From Cyanobacteriota bacterium (lineage in GTDB: Bacteria > Cyanobacteriota > Cyanobacteriia > Thermostichales > Thermostichaceae): a stretch of 64,000 bases of DNA. Positions 20,198 through 30,529 of the stretch are shown piece after piece (the first letter of the stretch is position 1; each line of letters starts with the position of its first letter). The stretch spans positions 117,194 to 181,193 of the forward strand of contig JANRIL010000038.1 of assembly GCA_033764955.1 (NCBI GenBank), given 5' to 3'. A model generated the notes under the pieces. That model ran no database searches, was not told the origin of the DNA, and was given only the letters and a program-made list of their open reading frames with translations. The translations under genes and the position numbers were made by a program.

Positions 20198-21504
20198 AAA
20201 CCCAACGCCTGTTTCACCAAACGCGCTGGCGGTTGACCTGTTGGTATGCAGGCGTGATGGGAGCCACCGTTTTGGCGGGGGGAATCCTGCTCTATCACTG
20301 TTTAGCCATAACCGAGCGCTGGTGGTTTGACCGTACCGTGGCGGATCTGGCGGGCACCCTGCACGATTATTTGCAGCCCAAACTGGATCAGCCTGGAGAA
20401 CTGGATCCCGACGTGGCGGCAATTTTGTTGGGAACCGAGGCGCACAATGACAACTTGATCGGCGTGACACGACTGCGCCACTATTACGTGCGCGTGTTGG
20501 ATCCGCAGGGTCAGATCGTTTTGAAATCATCGTTTCAACCCGAAGGGATCCCGGCATCGGCTTCCCCAGAACGTTGGCAAACCTTTACTGCCGCCGAAGG
20601 CACGCGCTACCGCCAGATTGATGATTACCTGCATACGCGCTCTGGGCAGATCTGGGGCTATCTCCAACTGGGGCGTTCCCTGGCCGAGTCGGATGAGCAT
20701 TTACGGCAGTTGATCGGGATCCTGTTCCTCAGTACGCCACTGGCGATGGGTGGGGTGGCCATCGTGGGATGGTGGTTGGCAGGGGTTGCCATGCAACCGA
20801 TACGGCGGTCTTATCACCAGATGCAACAATTCACGGCGGATGCCGCCCATGAGTTACGCACCCCTCTGGCCACCAGCCGTACCCTCACCCAAAATGCCCT
20901 TAAGGCTTGTGAACAGGGGAAATCAATGGCACCAGAAACGCTCCACGGGCTGCTGCGCCAAAACGAACGGCTCACCCATCTGGTGACGGATCTACTCCTG
21001 TTGTCCCGCCTGGATCAAGCTAGCCCGCAGCGGGGTTGTGACCAGCGTTGTTGCCTGAATGACATCCTCGCCGATCTCCAGGAAGAGCTTGCGCCTTTGG
21101 CTCTGGAGCATCAGATCTCGCTGACAATGGAGTTACCCAAAAGCCCTGTGCATACGAAAGGAGACGAAGATCAGCTTTACCGCCTCTTCCTGAACCTGAT
21201 CAGCAATGGCATCCTCTACACGCCAGCGGGGGGGCAGGTGAACGTCACATTACAGACGGTTCCACACCATGCCGTGATTCAGGTCGAGGATACGGGCATC
21301 GGGATCCCGCCGGAAAAACTCCCCTATCTGTTTAACCGCTTCTATCGGGTGGATCAAGCACGGGCACGACACACTGGCGGCACAGGTTTGGGACTGTCCA
21401 TTGCCCAAGCCATTGCCCAGGCCCATCGGGGTGAAATCTGGGTGCAGAGTCAACTTGGACAGGGCAGTACCTTTCGGGTGACGCTACCCACAATCGCCAT
21501 CTAG
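20194..21504 (+). CDS. rppB: Sensor histidine kinase (RppB/NrsS-like)
   Basis: LFHQTRWRLTCWYAGVM, QQFTADAAHELRTP (H box), N/G1/F/G2 boxes; ATGA overlap with regulator. Confidence 0.8.
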   Translation: MKTQRLFHQTRWRLTCWYAGVMGATVLAGGILLYHCLAITERWWFDRTVADLAGTLHDYLQPKLDQPGELDPDVAAILLGTEAHNDNLIGVTRLRHYYVRVLDPQGQIVLKSSFQPEGIPASASPERWQTFTAAEGTRYRQIDDYLHTRSGQIWGYLQLGRSLAESDEHLRQLIGILFLSTPLAMGGVAIVGWWLAGVAMQPIRRSYHQMQQFTADAAHELRTPLATSRTLTQNALKACEQGKSMAPETLHGLLRQNERLTHLVTDLLLLSRLDQASPQRGCDQRCCLNDILADLQEELAPLALEHQISLTMELPKSPVHTKGDEDQLYRLFLNLISNGILYTPAGGQVNVTLQTVPHHAVIQVEDTGIGIPPEKLPYLFNRFYRVDQARARHTGGTGLGLSIAQAIAQAHRGEIWVQSQLGQGSTFRVTLPTIAI

Positions 21505-21653
21505 CACGACAACAGCATTGGCGTTGTCAGGATTATGGACAGCAGGGATCCCTGAGTGACAGCAAGATAGGGATCCGGATCCCTTGACCCTGGATACCGG
21601 TTGGTGGGACAACCAAAGAAAGGAAAGTCCTTTGTCGTCCATTAAGGTAATCC

Positions 21654-22298
21654 ATGCAAGCTCAGCCCTCTTCCCTTTCGTTTCCCCCTTTGTTTCAGGT
21701 TTTAGTTCCCCAGCAACACCTTTATCGCCATCTGCTGCTGATTGTAGCGGGTAGCTTATTTGTGGCAGTGATGGCTCAGATTGCCATTCCTTTGCCCTTC
21801 ACGCCCGTACCAATTACTGGGCAGACCTTAGGCGTCTTGCTGGTGGGATCCACCTTGGGCTGGCGGCTGGGCTTTTTGGCGTTGCTCACCTATTTGGTGG
21901 AGGGAGCCTGTGGCCTGCCCTTTTTCTCCGCTGGAGGATCGGGTCTAGAGCGGATTTGGGGGCCAACAGGCGGATATCTGCTGTCTTTCCCGTTGACGGC
22001 GGCTTTGATTGGCTATCTGGTTGAACGATTCGGTTCCGATCGCAACTTTTTGAAGATGGTGGGATCCATGGCACTTTGCAGCTTAGTCACCTTCACCCTG
22101 GGTGCAACCTGGTTGGGAGTTTGGTTGGCTGGATTGGGCAAATTTGCTGGAGTCTGGGATGTCTTGGGCAAGGGGGTCTTTCCTTTTATTCCGGGAGATA
22201 TAGTCAAAATGAGCATTGCCTCCAGTTTGTTGCCCATCACCTGGCGTTGGGTGAATCGCCCCACTCCACAGACAACTCCCCAGGATCCCGAAGACTAA
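21654..22298 (+). CDS. bioY: Biotin transporter BioY
   Basis: PFTPVPITGQT, GLPFF, GPTGGYL, PFIPGDIVK. Confidence 0.93.
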   Translation: MQAQPSSLSFPPLFQVLVPQQHLYRHLLLIVAGSLFVAVMAQIAIPLPFTPVPITGQTLGVLLVGSTLGWRLGFLALLTYLVEGACGLPFFSAGGSGLERIWGPTGGYLLSFPLTAALIGYLVERFGSDRNFLKMVGSMALCSLVTFTLGATWLGVWLAGLGKFAGVWDVLGKGVFPFIPGDIVKMSIASSLLPITWRWVNRPTPQTTPQDPED

Positions 22299-22539
22299 AG
22301 GCATAAGATAGCTCTCCATTCAGCGGCCAGGGAAGAGAGAAAATTCTGGGTAGCGGGGCAGACTAGCTCAGCCCAACTCAAGTGGCGGGAATACCAATAG
22401 TGGAGGAAGGGTCTCAGGGTGGTCAAGACTGCCGATGGTGGCATTTATGCAAATCGGGCAAACTCTCTTCAATAAAGCAAATCTGCGTGCCACAAATGGG
22501 GCAAAATCTCCGCTGTGCGGACGCTGAAGAAGTGTAGTA
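22205..22539. repeat. Direct repeat copy 1 (~335 bp): functional bioY 3' end plus decayed GFA 3' half
   Basis: Aligns by eye to 23389-23737. Confidence 0.92.
22320..22539 (-). pseudogene. Truncated, frameshifted GFA-family gene fragment
   Basis: Encodes SSASAQRRFCPICGTQICFIEESLPDL and IGSLDHPETL in different frames; 7- and 8-bp deletions and a 1-bp insertion relative to 23504-23737. Confidence 0.85.
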
Positions 22540-22718
22540 AGTAAGGTAACTGGTTGCCAATGCCCCATGTGCCAGAGCCAAAGGAGCTATTAAAATCAGA
22601 CCATTCTGGGACTTCATTGAAAAGGCTGAAGGCAATGAAATAATTAACAAATAAGGTGCTTCAGACACTACATATTCGATCTGATAAACTAAAGCCATTG
22701 ATTGGGCTAAGTTGATCT

Positions 22719-23345
22719 ATGACCCTTGCCATCGACCCACCAATACAACAGAAGGCACTGAGCCTTGCCGAGTTTATCAACCATTATCGTGACGATAATC
22801 GCTACGAACTCGTTGATGGAGAGGTATTCGACTTGGAACCAACAGGCTTGCATGAAGAAGTTGCAGCCTTCATCACTACAAAAATCTGTGTGCAGATCGA
22901 CTGCGCTGGCTTGCCTTGGTTTGTTCTTCAGCGAGGACTATTACGCCCTTCTAACAAGGTGATGACAGCATTTCGACCTGATATTGTTGTTGTCAATAGA
23001 AATGAGCTTACTAAAGAACTGCTTTGGTCTGACCAGTCGATTTTGACTCTGGGTAGTTCGATTCAATTGGTGGTAGAAGTTGTGAGTGGCAACTGGCAAA
23101 ATGATTATGCTCGCAAGGTTGAGGACTACGCGGCTTTAGGCATCCCCGAATATTGGATTGTAGACTACGCAGGATTGGGGGGTACTCGACATATTGGAAA
23201 ACCTAAACAACCTACCCTTTCTGTCTGTATATTAATAGATGGGGAATATGAAATCCAGCAATTTCGAGGCAGTCAAACTATCCTCTCTCCAACCTTCTCA
23301 GAGTTGAAACTAAGGGCTGAACAGGTCTTGAAAGCTGGTTGTTAG
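22719..23345 (+). CDS. Uma2 family (PD-(D/E)XK) endonuclease-fold protein
   Basis: RYELVDGEV, FRPDIVV, LVVEVVSGNWQNDYARKVEDYAALGIPEYWIVD. Confidence 0.9.
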   Translation: MTLAIDPPIQQKALSLAEFINHYRDDNRYELVDGEVFDLEPTGLHEEVAAFITTKICVQIDCAGLPWFVLQRGLLRPSNKVMTAFRPDIVVVNRNELTKELLWSDQSILTLGSSIQLVVEVVSGNWQNDYARKVEDYAALGIPEYWIVDYAGLGGTRHIGKPKQPTLSVCILIDGEYEIQQFRGSQTILSPTFSELKLRAEQVLKAGC

Positions 23346-23388
23346 CCCTCACCACATCACAATTCAAAACAATTTAAAGAGATATGCG

Positions 23389-23737
23389 CAAAATGAGCAT
23401 TGCCTCCAGTTTGTTGCCCATCACCTGGCGTTGGGTGAATCGCCCCACTCCACAGACAGCTCCCCAGGATCCCGAAAACTAAAGGCGCAAGATAGCTCTC
23501 CATTCATTGGTCGGGGAAAGGAGGAAATTCTGGGTAGCGGGGCAGACTATCCCCTAGCTCAGCCCAACTCAGGTGGCGGGAATACCAATAGTGCAGGGTG
23601 GGAGGAAGCGTATCCGGGTGGTCAAGGCTGCCGATGGCGATATCTATCAAATCGGGCAAACTCTCTTCAATAAAGCAAATCTGTGTGCCACAGATGGGGC
23701 AAAATCCCCGCTGTGCCGACGCTGAAGAAGCATAGTA
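23389..23737. repeat. Direct repeat copy 2: orphan bioY 3' end plus functional GFA 3' half
   Basis: First ~70 bp identical to 22205 onward. Confidence 0.92.
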
Positions 23738-23956
23738 GCTAGGACTCGATCGTGGAAAGACTACTTGGGATTGAGAAAACATCGCCCAAGCCACGAGGGG
23801 AGCGGCATGTGCCCGCCGACACATCGAGCAGTGACAGATAGCCGCCAGGAGAGGATCCCCCTCAATCTGGTAGCGGATATGCCCGCATAGACATCCTCCC
23901 TGCCATTGGCGAGTCTGAGGAGAGGTAGTTATGGAGGGAAGCTGAAGAGAAATCAT
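23504..23956 (-). CDS. GFA / CENP-V family Zn-binding protein
   Basis: GGCLCGHIRY, CHCSMCRR, RGFCPICGT. Confidence 0.92.
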   Translation of the reverse strand: MISLQLPSITTSPQTRQWQGGCLCGHIRYQIEGDPLLAAICHCSMCRRAHAAPLVAWAMFSQSQVVFPRSSPSYYASSASAQRGFCPICGTQICFIEESLPDLIDIAIGSLDHPDTLPPTLHYWYSRHLSWAELGDSLPRYPEFPPFPDQ

Positions 23957-23989
23957 CGGTTGTCTCGGAAAAATAGGGTTAGGTTGAGG

Positions 23990-24814
23990 TTAGTTTTTAT
24001 CCACGGGCACTTGCACTTCGGTGACAAAATGGTTGGGATCCTCGGCAGGATCGTAATGCAGATAAACCTCGCGGGTGGAGCCGCTAATCGAGTAGCCATT
24101 CTGCTCAATCCAGGTCATCAGAGCTTGGTAGGCTTGCCCCAATCCGGCAAAGGATCCCTGATGGACAACGCAGGCCATACTTTCTACGGCAGGTAGTTGA
24201 TAAATATGTACTTGTTCGTTGGCTGGGATCCTGTCTGGTAAAGGGATGGCGGCTTCCACAGGAATATCGTGATCCCGTAGTTTTGTATCGTGATAAATCG
24301 AGAGACCTGGGCTAACAGGCACGACATTTTGCTGCTTCAGATAGTCATAAACCTGGGTAAACATCTGCTCAAAGATTGGACCACACTCCTCATAGTTGGG
24401 AATGATAGAGAGGGTGGCCGCCACCCATTGGGCAGACGCCGACTTGAGGATGACATCATAGGTGGGCATGGCTTTCTCCTGTTCAATTTCGTAGAGACGG
24501 TGTTGGATTTGGATCAGGCGCAGATGGTCCTGCTGGATGCGTTGACTTAGCTCAGCCTGCTTCAGCCGCAACATGGCTTGCATTTGTTCGAGAGTGAGAT
24601 GTTCATCCAGAAGTTGAGTAATTTGGTCAAGAGAAAATCCCAATTCTTTGAGAACTAAGATGCGATTGAGGCGAGGCAGTTGACTGGCGGAATAGTAGCG
24701 GTAGCCCGTCGCTGCATCCACCTGGGCAGGTTTGAGCAAATCCATCCGGTCGTAAAGCCGTAGGGCTTTGCTGGAAACACGACTCAGTTGAGCAAAATCG
24801 CTGATCTTAAGCAT
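23990..24814 (-). CDS. MerR-family regulator with C-terminal GyrI-like ligand domain (BmrR-like)
   Basis: KISDFAQLSRVSSKALRLYD...GYRYY HTH; HQGSF...REVYL...TEVQVPV. Confidence 0.92.
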   Translation of the reverse strand: MLKISDFAQLSRVSSKALRLYDRMDLLKPAQVDAATGYRYYSASQLPRLNRILVLKELGFSLDQITQLLDEHLTLEQMQAMLRLKQAELSQRIQQDHLRLIQIQHRLYEIEQEKAMPTYDVILKSASAQWVAATLSIIPNYEECGPIFEQMFTQVYDYLKQQNVVPVSPGLSIYHDTKLRDHDIPVEAAIPLPDRIPANEQVHIYQLPAVESMACVVHQGSFAGLGQAYQALMTWIEQNGYSISGSTREVYLHYDPAEDPNHFVTEVQVPVDKN

Positions 24815-24837
24815 GACCGTTGTTCCTGACTGCTTTG

Positions 24838-24868
24838 AGTGAAGCCTTTCCCCTTAGGGCAAAGTCAA
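24838..24868 (-). promoter_or_regulatory. MerR-type promoter with 19-bp spacer and internal dyad
   Basis: TTGACT-N19-TTCACT on minus strand; dyad CTTTGCCCT-A-AGGGGAAAG (8/9 symmetric). Confidence 0.75.
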
Positions 24869-24963
24869 GGGGGATCCCAAAAAATTGGGGTCGATCCCTC
24901 TTGCCCAGGCACCCCTTCCCACCCTAGGCTGGATCCCGCAGAAGCCCCCCTAATGGTTCCTCT

Positions 24964-26346
24964 ATGGTCAATGGCGTCAACGGGTCTCTGGATATTCTTG
25001 CGGAGCTTCTGGCAGGCCAGTGGCAGCAGGAAGCTGCTACCCCCACTTTCCATCCCCAACAATCGTTTGTCGGCATCAGCACCGACAGCCGCCGCATCCA
25101 ACCAGGGCATCTCTTTGTGGCTCTGCGGGGAGAAAACTTTGATGGACATGATTTTGTGGCGGAGGCTAGACAAAAAGGGGCGATAGCGGTGATTGCTGAC
25201 CGCCCAGTCACAGGCTCCTATTTGCAGGTGGCCGACACCCTCACTGCCTATCAACAATTAGGTCAATGGTGGCGGCGGCAGTTTCAGATTCCTGTGATTG
25301 CGATTACTGGATCAGCAGGAAAAACCACAACCAAAGATATGCTAGCGGCAGCTCTGGCTGGTTATGGAAATGTCCTGAAAAGTCCTGCCAATCACAACAA
25401 TGACATTGGTTTGACCCAAACGCTGTTGGATCTCACCCCTCAACATGATTATGCCGTGGTGGAATTGGCAATGCGGGGATCCGGTGAGATCGGTCGGCTC
25501 ACACGGGTGGCGCAGCCGACCCATGCCCTGATTACCAACATCGGAACTGCCCACATCGGTCGATTGGGATCCCGGCAGGCCATCGCCCAGGCCAAATGCG
25601 AATTACTGGGGGAGATGACAGCGGGGGTAGCTATTTTGAATGGGGAGGATGATTTGCTCTTGAGGACAGCTAGCCAAGTGTGGCGAGGAGAAACTCTCAC
25701 CTACGGGCTAGAGCGGGGGGGGATGCAGGGGGAGTGGGATCCCTTCACGCAGTCGGTCGTTGTGGAAGGAGTTCGGATGCCAGTTCCTCTGGCCGGACGG
25801 CATCATGCCCTAAATTGGATGGCAGTGCTGGCCAGCCTGCGGGTCTTGGGCTTGCCGTGGCAGGAGTTGAGCCATCAACCCATTCCTTGGCAAGCGGATC
25901 GGGGGCGGAATCACTATCTGAGCCTAGCCGGAGATGTTGGCCTCTTGGATGAAACCTATAACGCTGCACCGGAAGCTATGATCGCCGCTCTCCATGCCCT
26001 CAAACAAACCCCCGGAACTCGCCACTGGGCCATTTTGGGGGGAATGCGGGAGTTAGGGGATTTTGCCGATGAACTGTATGCCCAGGTGGGAGCAACCGCG
26101 GCTCAGTTAGGGCTGTACCGCGTTTTGTTGTGGGATCCCGACCAGGAGATGGCGGCGCTAGCCCAGCAGCTACCTAGTCCTACCCTCCAGGTGTTCCGAG
26201 AGGCTGCTCCCCTGATCACCACCCTCCATCAAGAGGTGCAAGCCGGAGATCGCCTGTTGTTCAAGGCAGCCCGCGCCGTGCAACTAGAAACCATCATGCA
26301 GGCTTTTCTGACGGGATGGGATCCGATAGCCCTTCCTCCCCTTTAG
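24964..26346 (+). CDS. murF: UDP-N-acetylmuramoyl-tripeptide--D-Ala-D-Ala ligase
   Basis: STDSR, GENFDGHDF, ITGSAGKTTTK, NHNNDIG, TNIGTAH, DETYNAAP. Confidence 0.95.
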   Translation: MVNGVNGSLDILAELLAGQWQQEAATPTFHPQQSFVGISTDSRRIQPGHLFVALRGENFDGHDFVAEARQKGAIAVIADRPVTGSYLQVADTLTAYQQLGQWWRRQFQIPVIAITGSAGKTTTKDMLAAALAGYGNVLKSPANHNNDIGLTQTLLDLTPQHDYAVVELAMRGSGEIGRLTRVAQPTHALITNIGTAHIGRLGSRQAIAQAKCELLGEMTAGVAILNGEDDLLLRTASQVWRGETLTYGLERGGMQGEWDPFTQSVVVEGVRMPVPLAGRHHALNWMAVLASLRVLGLPWQELSHQPIPWQADRGRNHYLSLAGDVGLLDETYNAAPEAMIAALHALKQTPGTRHWAILGGMRELGDFADELYAQVGATAAQLGLYRVLLWDPDQEMAALAQQLPSPTLQVFREAAPLITTLHQEVQAGDRLLFKAARAVQLETIMQAFLTGWDPIALPPL

Positions 26347-27572
26347 CCGGCCAGAGAAGAGAGCGCCGCTTGCAACCGCTGCAAGGCTAGGTTGATCTCA
26401 GCTTGGGAGACAATCAGGGGCGGAACGAATCTGACCACCTCTGGACCGGCTGGCACCAATAACAAGCCCTGTTGAAGAGCTGCTTGCACAACTTCCGCCG
26501 CCGGTATCCGCACCTTGATGCCTTGAATCAACCCCCAACCCCGCACCTCTCCGATCAAACTGGGGAAAGCTTCCCCTAGTTTGAGCAGTCCTTGCCGCAG
26601 GTGTTGCCCTAGTATGTGGGCATTCCAAATCAGGTGTTCCGATTGCAACGCCCGACAAACCGCCAGCCCTACTGCACAGGCCAACGGATTTCCCCCAAAA
26701 GTACTGGCGTGATCTCCCGGTTGAAACACCGCACAGAAATCCTTGGCCAGGAGCGCGCCAATCGGGATCCCTCCGGCTAGTCCCTTGGCCAGGGTAAACA
26801 CATCCGGTTGGATCCCCAGGTGACAATGCCCCCAGATCAAGCCCGTTCGCCCCACCCCCACCTGCACTTCATCCAGCATCAACAAAATCTGCCGTTCATT
26901 ACAGATTTGCCGTAACCACTGAAAATAGACTGGATCCCCCGGTAAGACTCCCCCCTCTCCCTGCAAGGGTTCCAGCAAAATGGCCGCCACCTGATCCCCG
27001 TACTGCCGAAGGACGGCCTCCGTTCCTTCCATATCGTTGAAGGGGATGTAGGCAAAGCCAGGAACCAGCGGAGCAAAGTGCTTTTGATATTTGGGTTGTC
27101 CGGTAGCCGTGACGGTGGCGAGGGTGCGCCCATGAAAGCTAGCCTGGGCAGTTAAAATAACTGGATTTTCAATGCCTCGCACCGTATGGGCATATTTTCG
27201 CGCCAGTTTGATCGCCCCTTCGTTGGCTTCTGCCCCAGAGTTACAGAAAAAAACCTTGTCAGCACCGGAGTGCTGGGTTAACCAGGCGGCCAGTTGAGCC
27301 TGGGGCTGATTGAAGTAAAGATTGGAAACGTGGTGCAGGGTTTGTACCTGATCCGTTACCGCTTTCACAAAAGTGGGATGGGCATGTCCAAGGGTACAGG
27401 TGGCAATCCCCGCTACAAAATCCAGATATTCCCGCCCCTGCTCATCCCAAACCCGACAGCCCTCCCCCCGCACCAATGTCAACGGATAGCGACCATAAGT
27501 AGACATAACGTGCTGGTCAAATAATTGAGCCGTTGTCAGTGACTCAGCCGCCAGAGAGGTTAGGGTAGACAT
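26343..27572 (-). CDS. argD: Acetylornithine aminotransferase
   Basis: FCNSGAEANEGAIK, SFHGRT, EPLQGEGG, DEVQVG, TLAKGLAGG, HASTFGGNP. Confidence 0.92.
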   Translation of the reverse strand: MSTLTSLAAESLTTAQLFDQHVMSTYGRYPLTLVRGEGCRVWDEQGREYLDFVAGIATCTLGHAHPTFVKAVTDQVQTLHHVSNLYFNQPQAQLAAWLTQHSGADKVFFCNSGAEANEGAIKLARKYAHTVRGIENPVILTAQASFHGRTLATVTATGQPKYQKHFAPLVPGFAYIPFNDMEGTEAVLRQYGDQVAAILLEPLQGEGGVLPGDPVYFQWLRQICNERQILLMLDEVQVGVGRTGLIWGHCHLGIQPDVFTLAKGLAGGIPIGALLAKDFCAVFQPGDHASTFGGNPLACAVGLAVCRALQSEHLIWNAHILGQHLRQGLLKLGEAFPSLIGEVRGWGLIQGIKVRIPAAEVVQAALQQGLLLVPAGPEVVRFVPPLIVSQAEINLALQRLQAALSSLAG

Positions 27573-27708
27573 AGCAGCAATCCAGAGGGTTAGGGGGAAA
27601 AGAAATGATTCTCAAGCTTAGCACTTCCCTCCCCAAGCGCAGAAAACTGGATTCAGTCCCAGATTACCAGGGATCCCGATCTCCCCTGGGGGATGGGGAG
27701 GAGGGTCT

Positions 27709-28995
27709 ATGAATATTTTGGTGATCAACACCGGATCCAGCAGTCTGAAGGCAGCCCTCTACGCTTTTGAAGATCAGTTGACTGGGGATCCCTCCATCCC
27801 CGCTTGGCAAGCCCAAGTCGATTGGGGATACCAGCTAGGACAAGCTCAAGTGGAGATCCACCCTTCACACGGATCTAAAGTTCAACATATTTTAGATATT
27901 CCCTTACCTGAACCGGAGCCCTCTTCCTCAGCTCCCCCTTCAATTCAGTTGACGGAGACCATCCCGCTCATCTTGGCTTTTTTGCTTCAGCCAACCAATT
28001 TAGGCATCCCAATTCATGGGGTGGGACATCGGGTGGTGCATGGTGGATCCACCTATTCATCAAGTGTGCCAGTCACCCCAGCCGTGGCAGCCGAGATCGA
28101 ACGCCTCAGTCAGTTCGCCCCCCTGCACAATCCCGTCAACCTGGCCGCGATCCGTGCCTGCCAGCAGCTCTTGGGCAAAGGGATCCCGCAGATCGCGGTT
28201 TTTGATACGGCTTTTCATCAGCAGATGCCCCTAGCCGCCAAGCTTTATCCCGTACCGTATTCGTGGTTTGAACAGGGCATTCAGCGCTATGGCTTTCACG
28301 GGATTAGCCATCGCTACTGTGTGGAGCGAACGGCTAGCCTGATGGAAACCAATCTGGATTCCCTCAAGCTGATCATCTGTCATCTGGGCAATGGAGCCTC
28401 CTTAGCCGCGATTACTGACGGTCATAGTGTGGATACGACGATGGGATTTACCCCCCTGGATGGCCTAATGATGGGCACCCGCTCTGGCTCGCTAGATCCA
28501 GGTATTCTGATTCATTGGCAACGGCAGCAGGGGCTGGGGGCGGAGGAGTGGGAGCGGCTGCTCAATCAGGAGTCGGGGCTAAAAGGTATCTCAGGGCTGT
28601 CGGCGGATATGCGGGTGATTGAGGGGGCGATGGCCGCAGGGAATGCCCGTGCTCACCTGGCTTTTCAGGTCTACCTTCATCGATTGCGGCAACTATTGGG
28701 ATCCATGCTAGCTAGCTTGGGGGGGTGCGATGGGTTGGTATTTACCGCAGGCATTGGGGAACACTCCTGGCGGGTACGAGCCGCCGCCTGTCAACCTTTT
28801 GGTTTTTTGGGCTGGCGGGTGGACGATCAGTTAAATAAAGAATCCAGTCAGGGATCTCTTCCTCAGCAGGATCGCAACATCGCTAGCCCCGATTCTCGCA
28901 TCCCAATTTGGGTGATCCACACGCAGGAAAACTGGGCGATCGCTCAGGAGTGCCGGAAGTTTTTGCTCGCTTCAAACCCTAGTTATCCCGTTTAG
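27709..28995 (+). CDS. ackA: Acetate kinase
   Basis: LVINTGSSSLK, GHRVVHGG, APLHN, FDTAFH, YGFHG, HLGNGAS, FTAGIGE. Confidence 0.95.
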   Translation: MNILVINTGSSSLKAALYAFEDQLTGDPSIPAWQAQVDWGYQLGQAQVEIHPSHGSKVQHILDIPLPEPEPSSSAPPSIQLTETIPLILAFLLQPTNLGIPIHGVGHRVVHGGSTYSSSVPVTPAVAAEIERLSQFAPLHNPVNLAAIRACQQLLGKGIPQIAVFDTAFHQQMPLAAKLYPVPYSWFEQGIQRYGFHGISHRYCVERTASLMETNLDSLKLIICHLGNGASLAAITDGHSVDTTMGFTPLDGLMMGTRSGSLDPGILIHWQRQQGLGAEEWERLLNQESGLKGISGLSADMRVIEGAMAAGNARAHLAFQVYLHRLRQLLGSMLASLGGCDGLVFTAGIGEHSWRVRAAACQPFGFLGWRVDDQLNKESSQGSLPQQDRNIASPDSRIPIWVIHTQENWAIAQECRKFLLASNPSYPV

Positions 28996-30529
28996 ATCCC
29001 AAACCGGATCCCCAGCGAAACACCCGTTGACTGGCCTCCTGCACAAAGGTTTGTAGCCAGCCGGATGCCTGGGTGCGAGCCACTTGCGCCTGCACCGTCG
29101 CCTGCATTCCCCCTTCTCCCCAGGCTTGGTTACGCTGAAAATATTCAATAAAACTACGTCCAGCGATGCGGGTCAGATATCCGGCACTGGCCGCCTGAAT
29201 GGGAGCCGTCACCAGATAGCCCACCACCGTTACTTCCGCTAGGGCGGTGACAATACCTGTCGTCAGTTGGATGGCTCCCTCCACCAAGCCCAAACTGGCC
29301 AGGGTTTTGGCTAAAGAGAGCGCTAATTCTCGCCCCTGCTGAAAATTCATTTGACAGCCATAAACCCCGCCAATTTCCACCACCATCTGGGCATTGATAG
29401 CAGCAATCGCCAATAAATCCACCGCTGGGATCGGGTTAGCAAAAACAATCCCCGTCACGATCCACTGAAATCGCTCGACAATTTGCTCCGCTTTTTTTTG
29501 GAGCTGTTGCCCGATGATGCGGCGAGCTTCTTCTCCTAACTGTTCTGATTGCAACAGGGCGTTATCGATGGCTAGGGACTGTCCTTCCGCATAGAGAATG
29601 GCTTGAATGCGATCCCGCACCTGCCGGATTTGGGGGCGGGGGGTGACCAGGGATCCCTTGACCATAACGGGGGTGGGAGCCGCCGCCGCCAACAAGACAT
29701 CTTCATAGGCAATCCCCTGATGTACCCGTTCCCGCAGGCGAGCCAAAAGCAGAGCTTGTTCTTCCTGACTGTAGCGATCCATCTTGTTCAAAATCAGCAG
29801 CGACCGCTTCCCCAGTTGCACTAGTTCCATAAGCGGTTCATATTCCGATTGCCGCAGATCCCCATCGGTGACCACCAAAAGCAAGTCAGCCGTTTCGGCC
29901 TGTTTACGTGCTTCCAACTCGCGCAGCACACCCGCTTGGCCGATTTCCAGAATGCCTGGACTATCCACAATCTCTACCGCTTCCGGGATCCCTGGTAGTT
30001 GCCAGCGATAAAGCGCCGCCGCCGTGGTTGTCCCCAAAACCGCCCCCACCTCCCCTACCGTCCGCCCCAGCAGCGCATTCACCAAGGAGGTTTTGCCAGC
30101 GGATCCCGTGCCAAACACCACTACCTTCAGGGTGGGATGCGCCAGTTCACGGCTGAGCAGTGCGGAACGTTCTCCCAAGGCTTGCCGCGCCACTTGGTTT
30201 TGGATCTGCTCTAGCTGCTCGCTCACCCGCGCCAAATTTTTTTGAGTGGCACTCACCTTCTCGGCGGCGGATTGCGGCAGGGCAGGGCGTTCTATCACAG
30301 GCGGAGGGGCAGGCGGCGCTTTGCGAAACAGAAACAGATAGTAAATGGTTGCGGCCAAAAACACCGCCAAAATTAGGATCAACAGGCCAATCAACAGGGA
30401 TCCCAGCCAAACCTGATCCTCGACCGCCCGATACAAATCCAGAAAAGAACGAATCAACCAGACCAAGAGACCGCTGATGGATCCCAGCAGAATCAAAAAC
30501 AGAATCACTCGCCAATAGCCCACCGACAT
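28979..30529 (-). CDS. Membrane-anchored Era-like GTPase with DUF697 (YcjF-like) domain
   Basis: GTGSAGKTSLVNAL (G1), DSPG (G3), NKMD (G4); C-terminal NPIPAVDL...AINAQMV. Confidence 0.87.
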   Translation of the reverse strand: MSVGYWRVILFLILLGSISGLLVWLIRSFLDLYRAVEDQVWLGSLLIGLLILILAVFLAATIYYLFLFRKAPPAPPPVIERPALPQSAAEKVSATQKNLARVSEQLEQIQNQVARQALGERSALLSRELAHPTLKVVVFGTGSAGKTSLVNALLGRTVGEVGAVLGTTTAAALYRWQLPGIPEAVEIVDSPGILEIGQAGVLRELEARKQAETADLLLVVTDGDLRQSEYEPLMELVQLGKRSLLILNKMDRYSQEEQALLLARLRERVHQGIAYEDVLLAAAAPTPVMVKGSLVTPRPQIRQVRDRIQAILYAEGQSLAIDNALLQSEQLGEEARRIIGQQLQKKAEQIVERFQWIVTGIVFANPIPAVDLLAIAAINAQMVVEIGGVYGCQMNFQQGRELALSLAKTLASLGLVEGAIQLTTGIVTALAEVTVVGYLVTAPIQAASAGYLTRIAGRSFIEYFQRNQAWGEGGMQATVQAQVARTQASGWLQTFVQEASQRVFRWGSGLGSKRDN

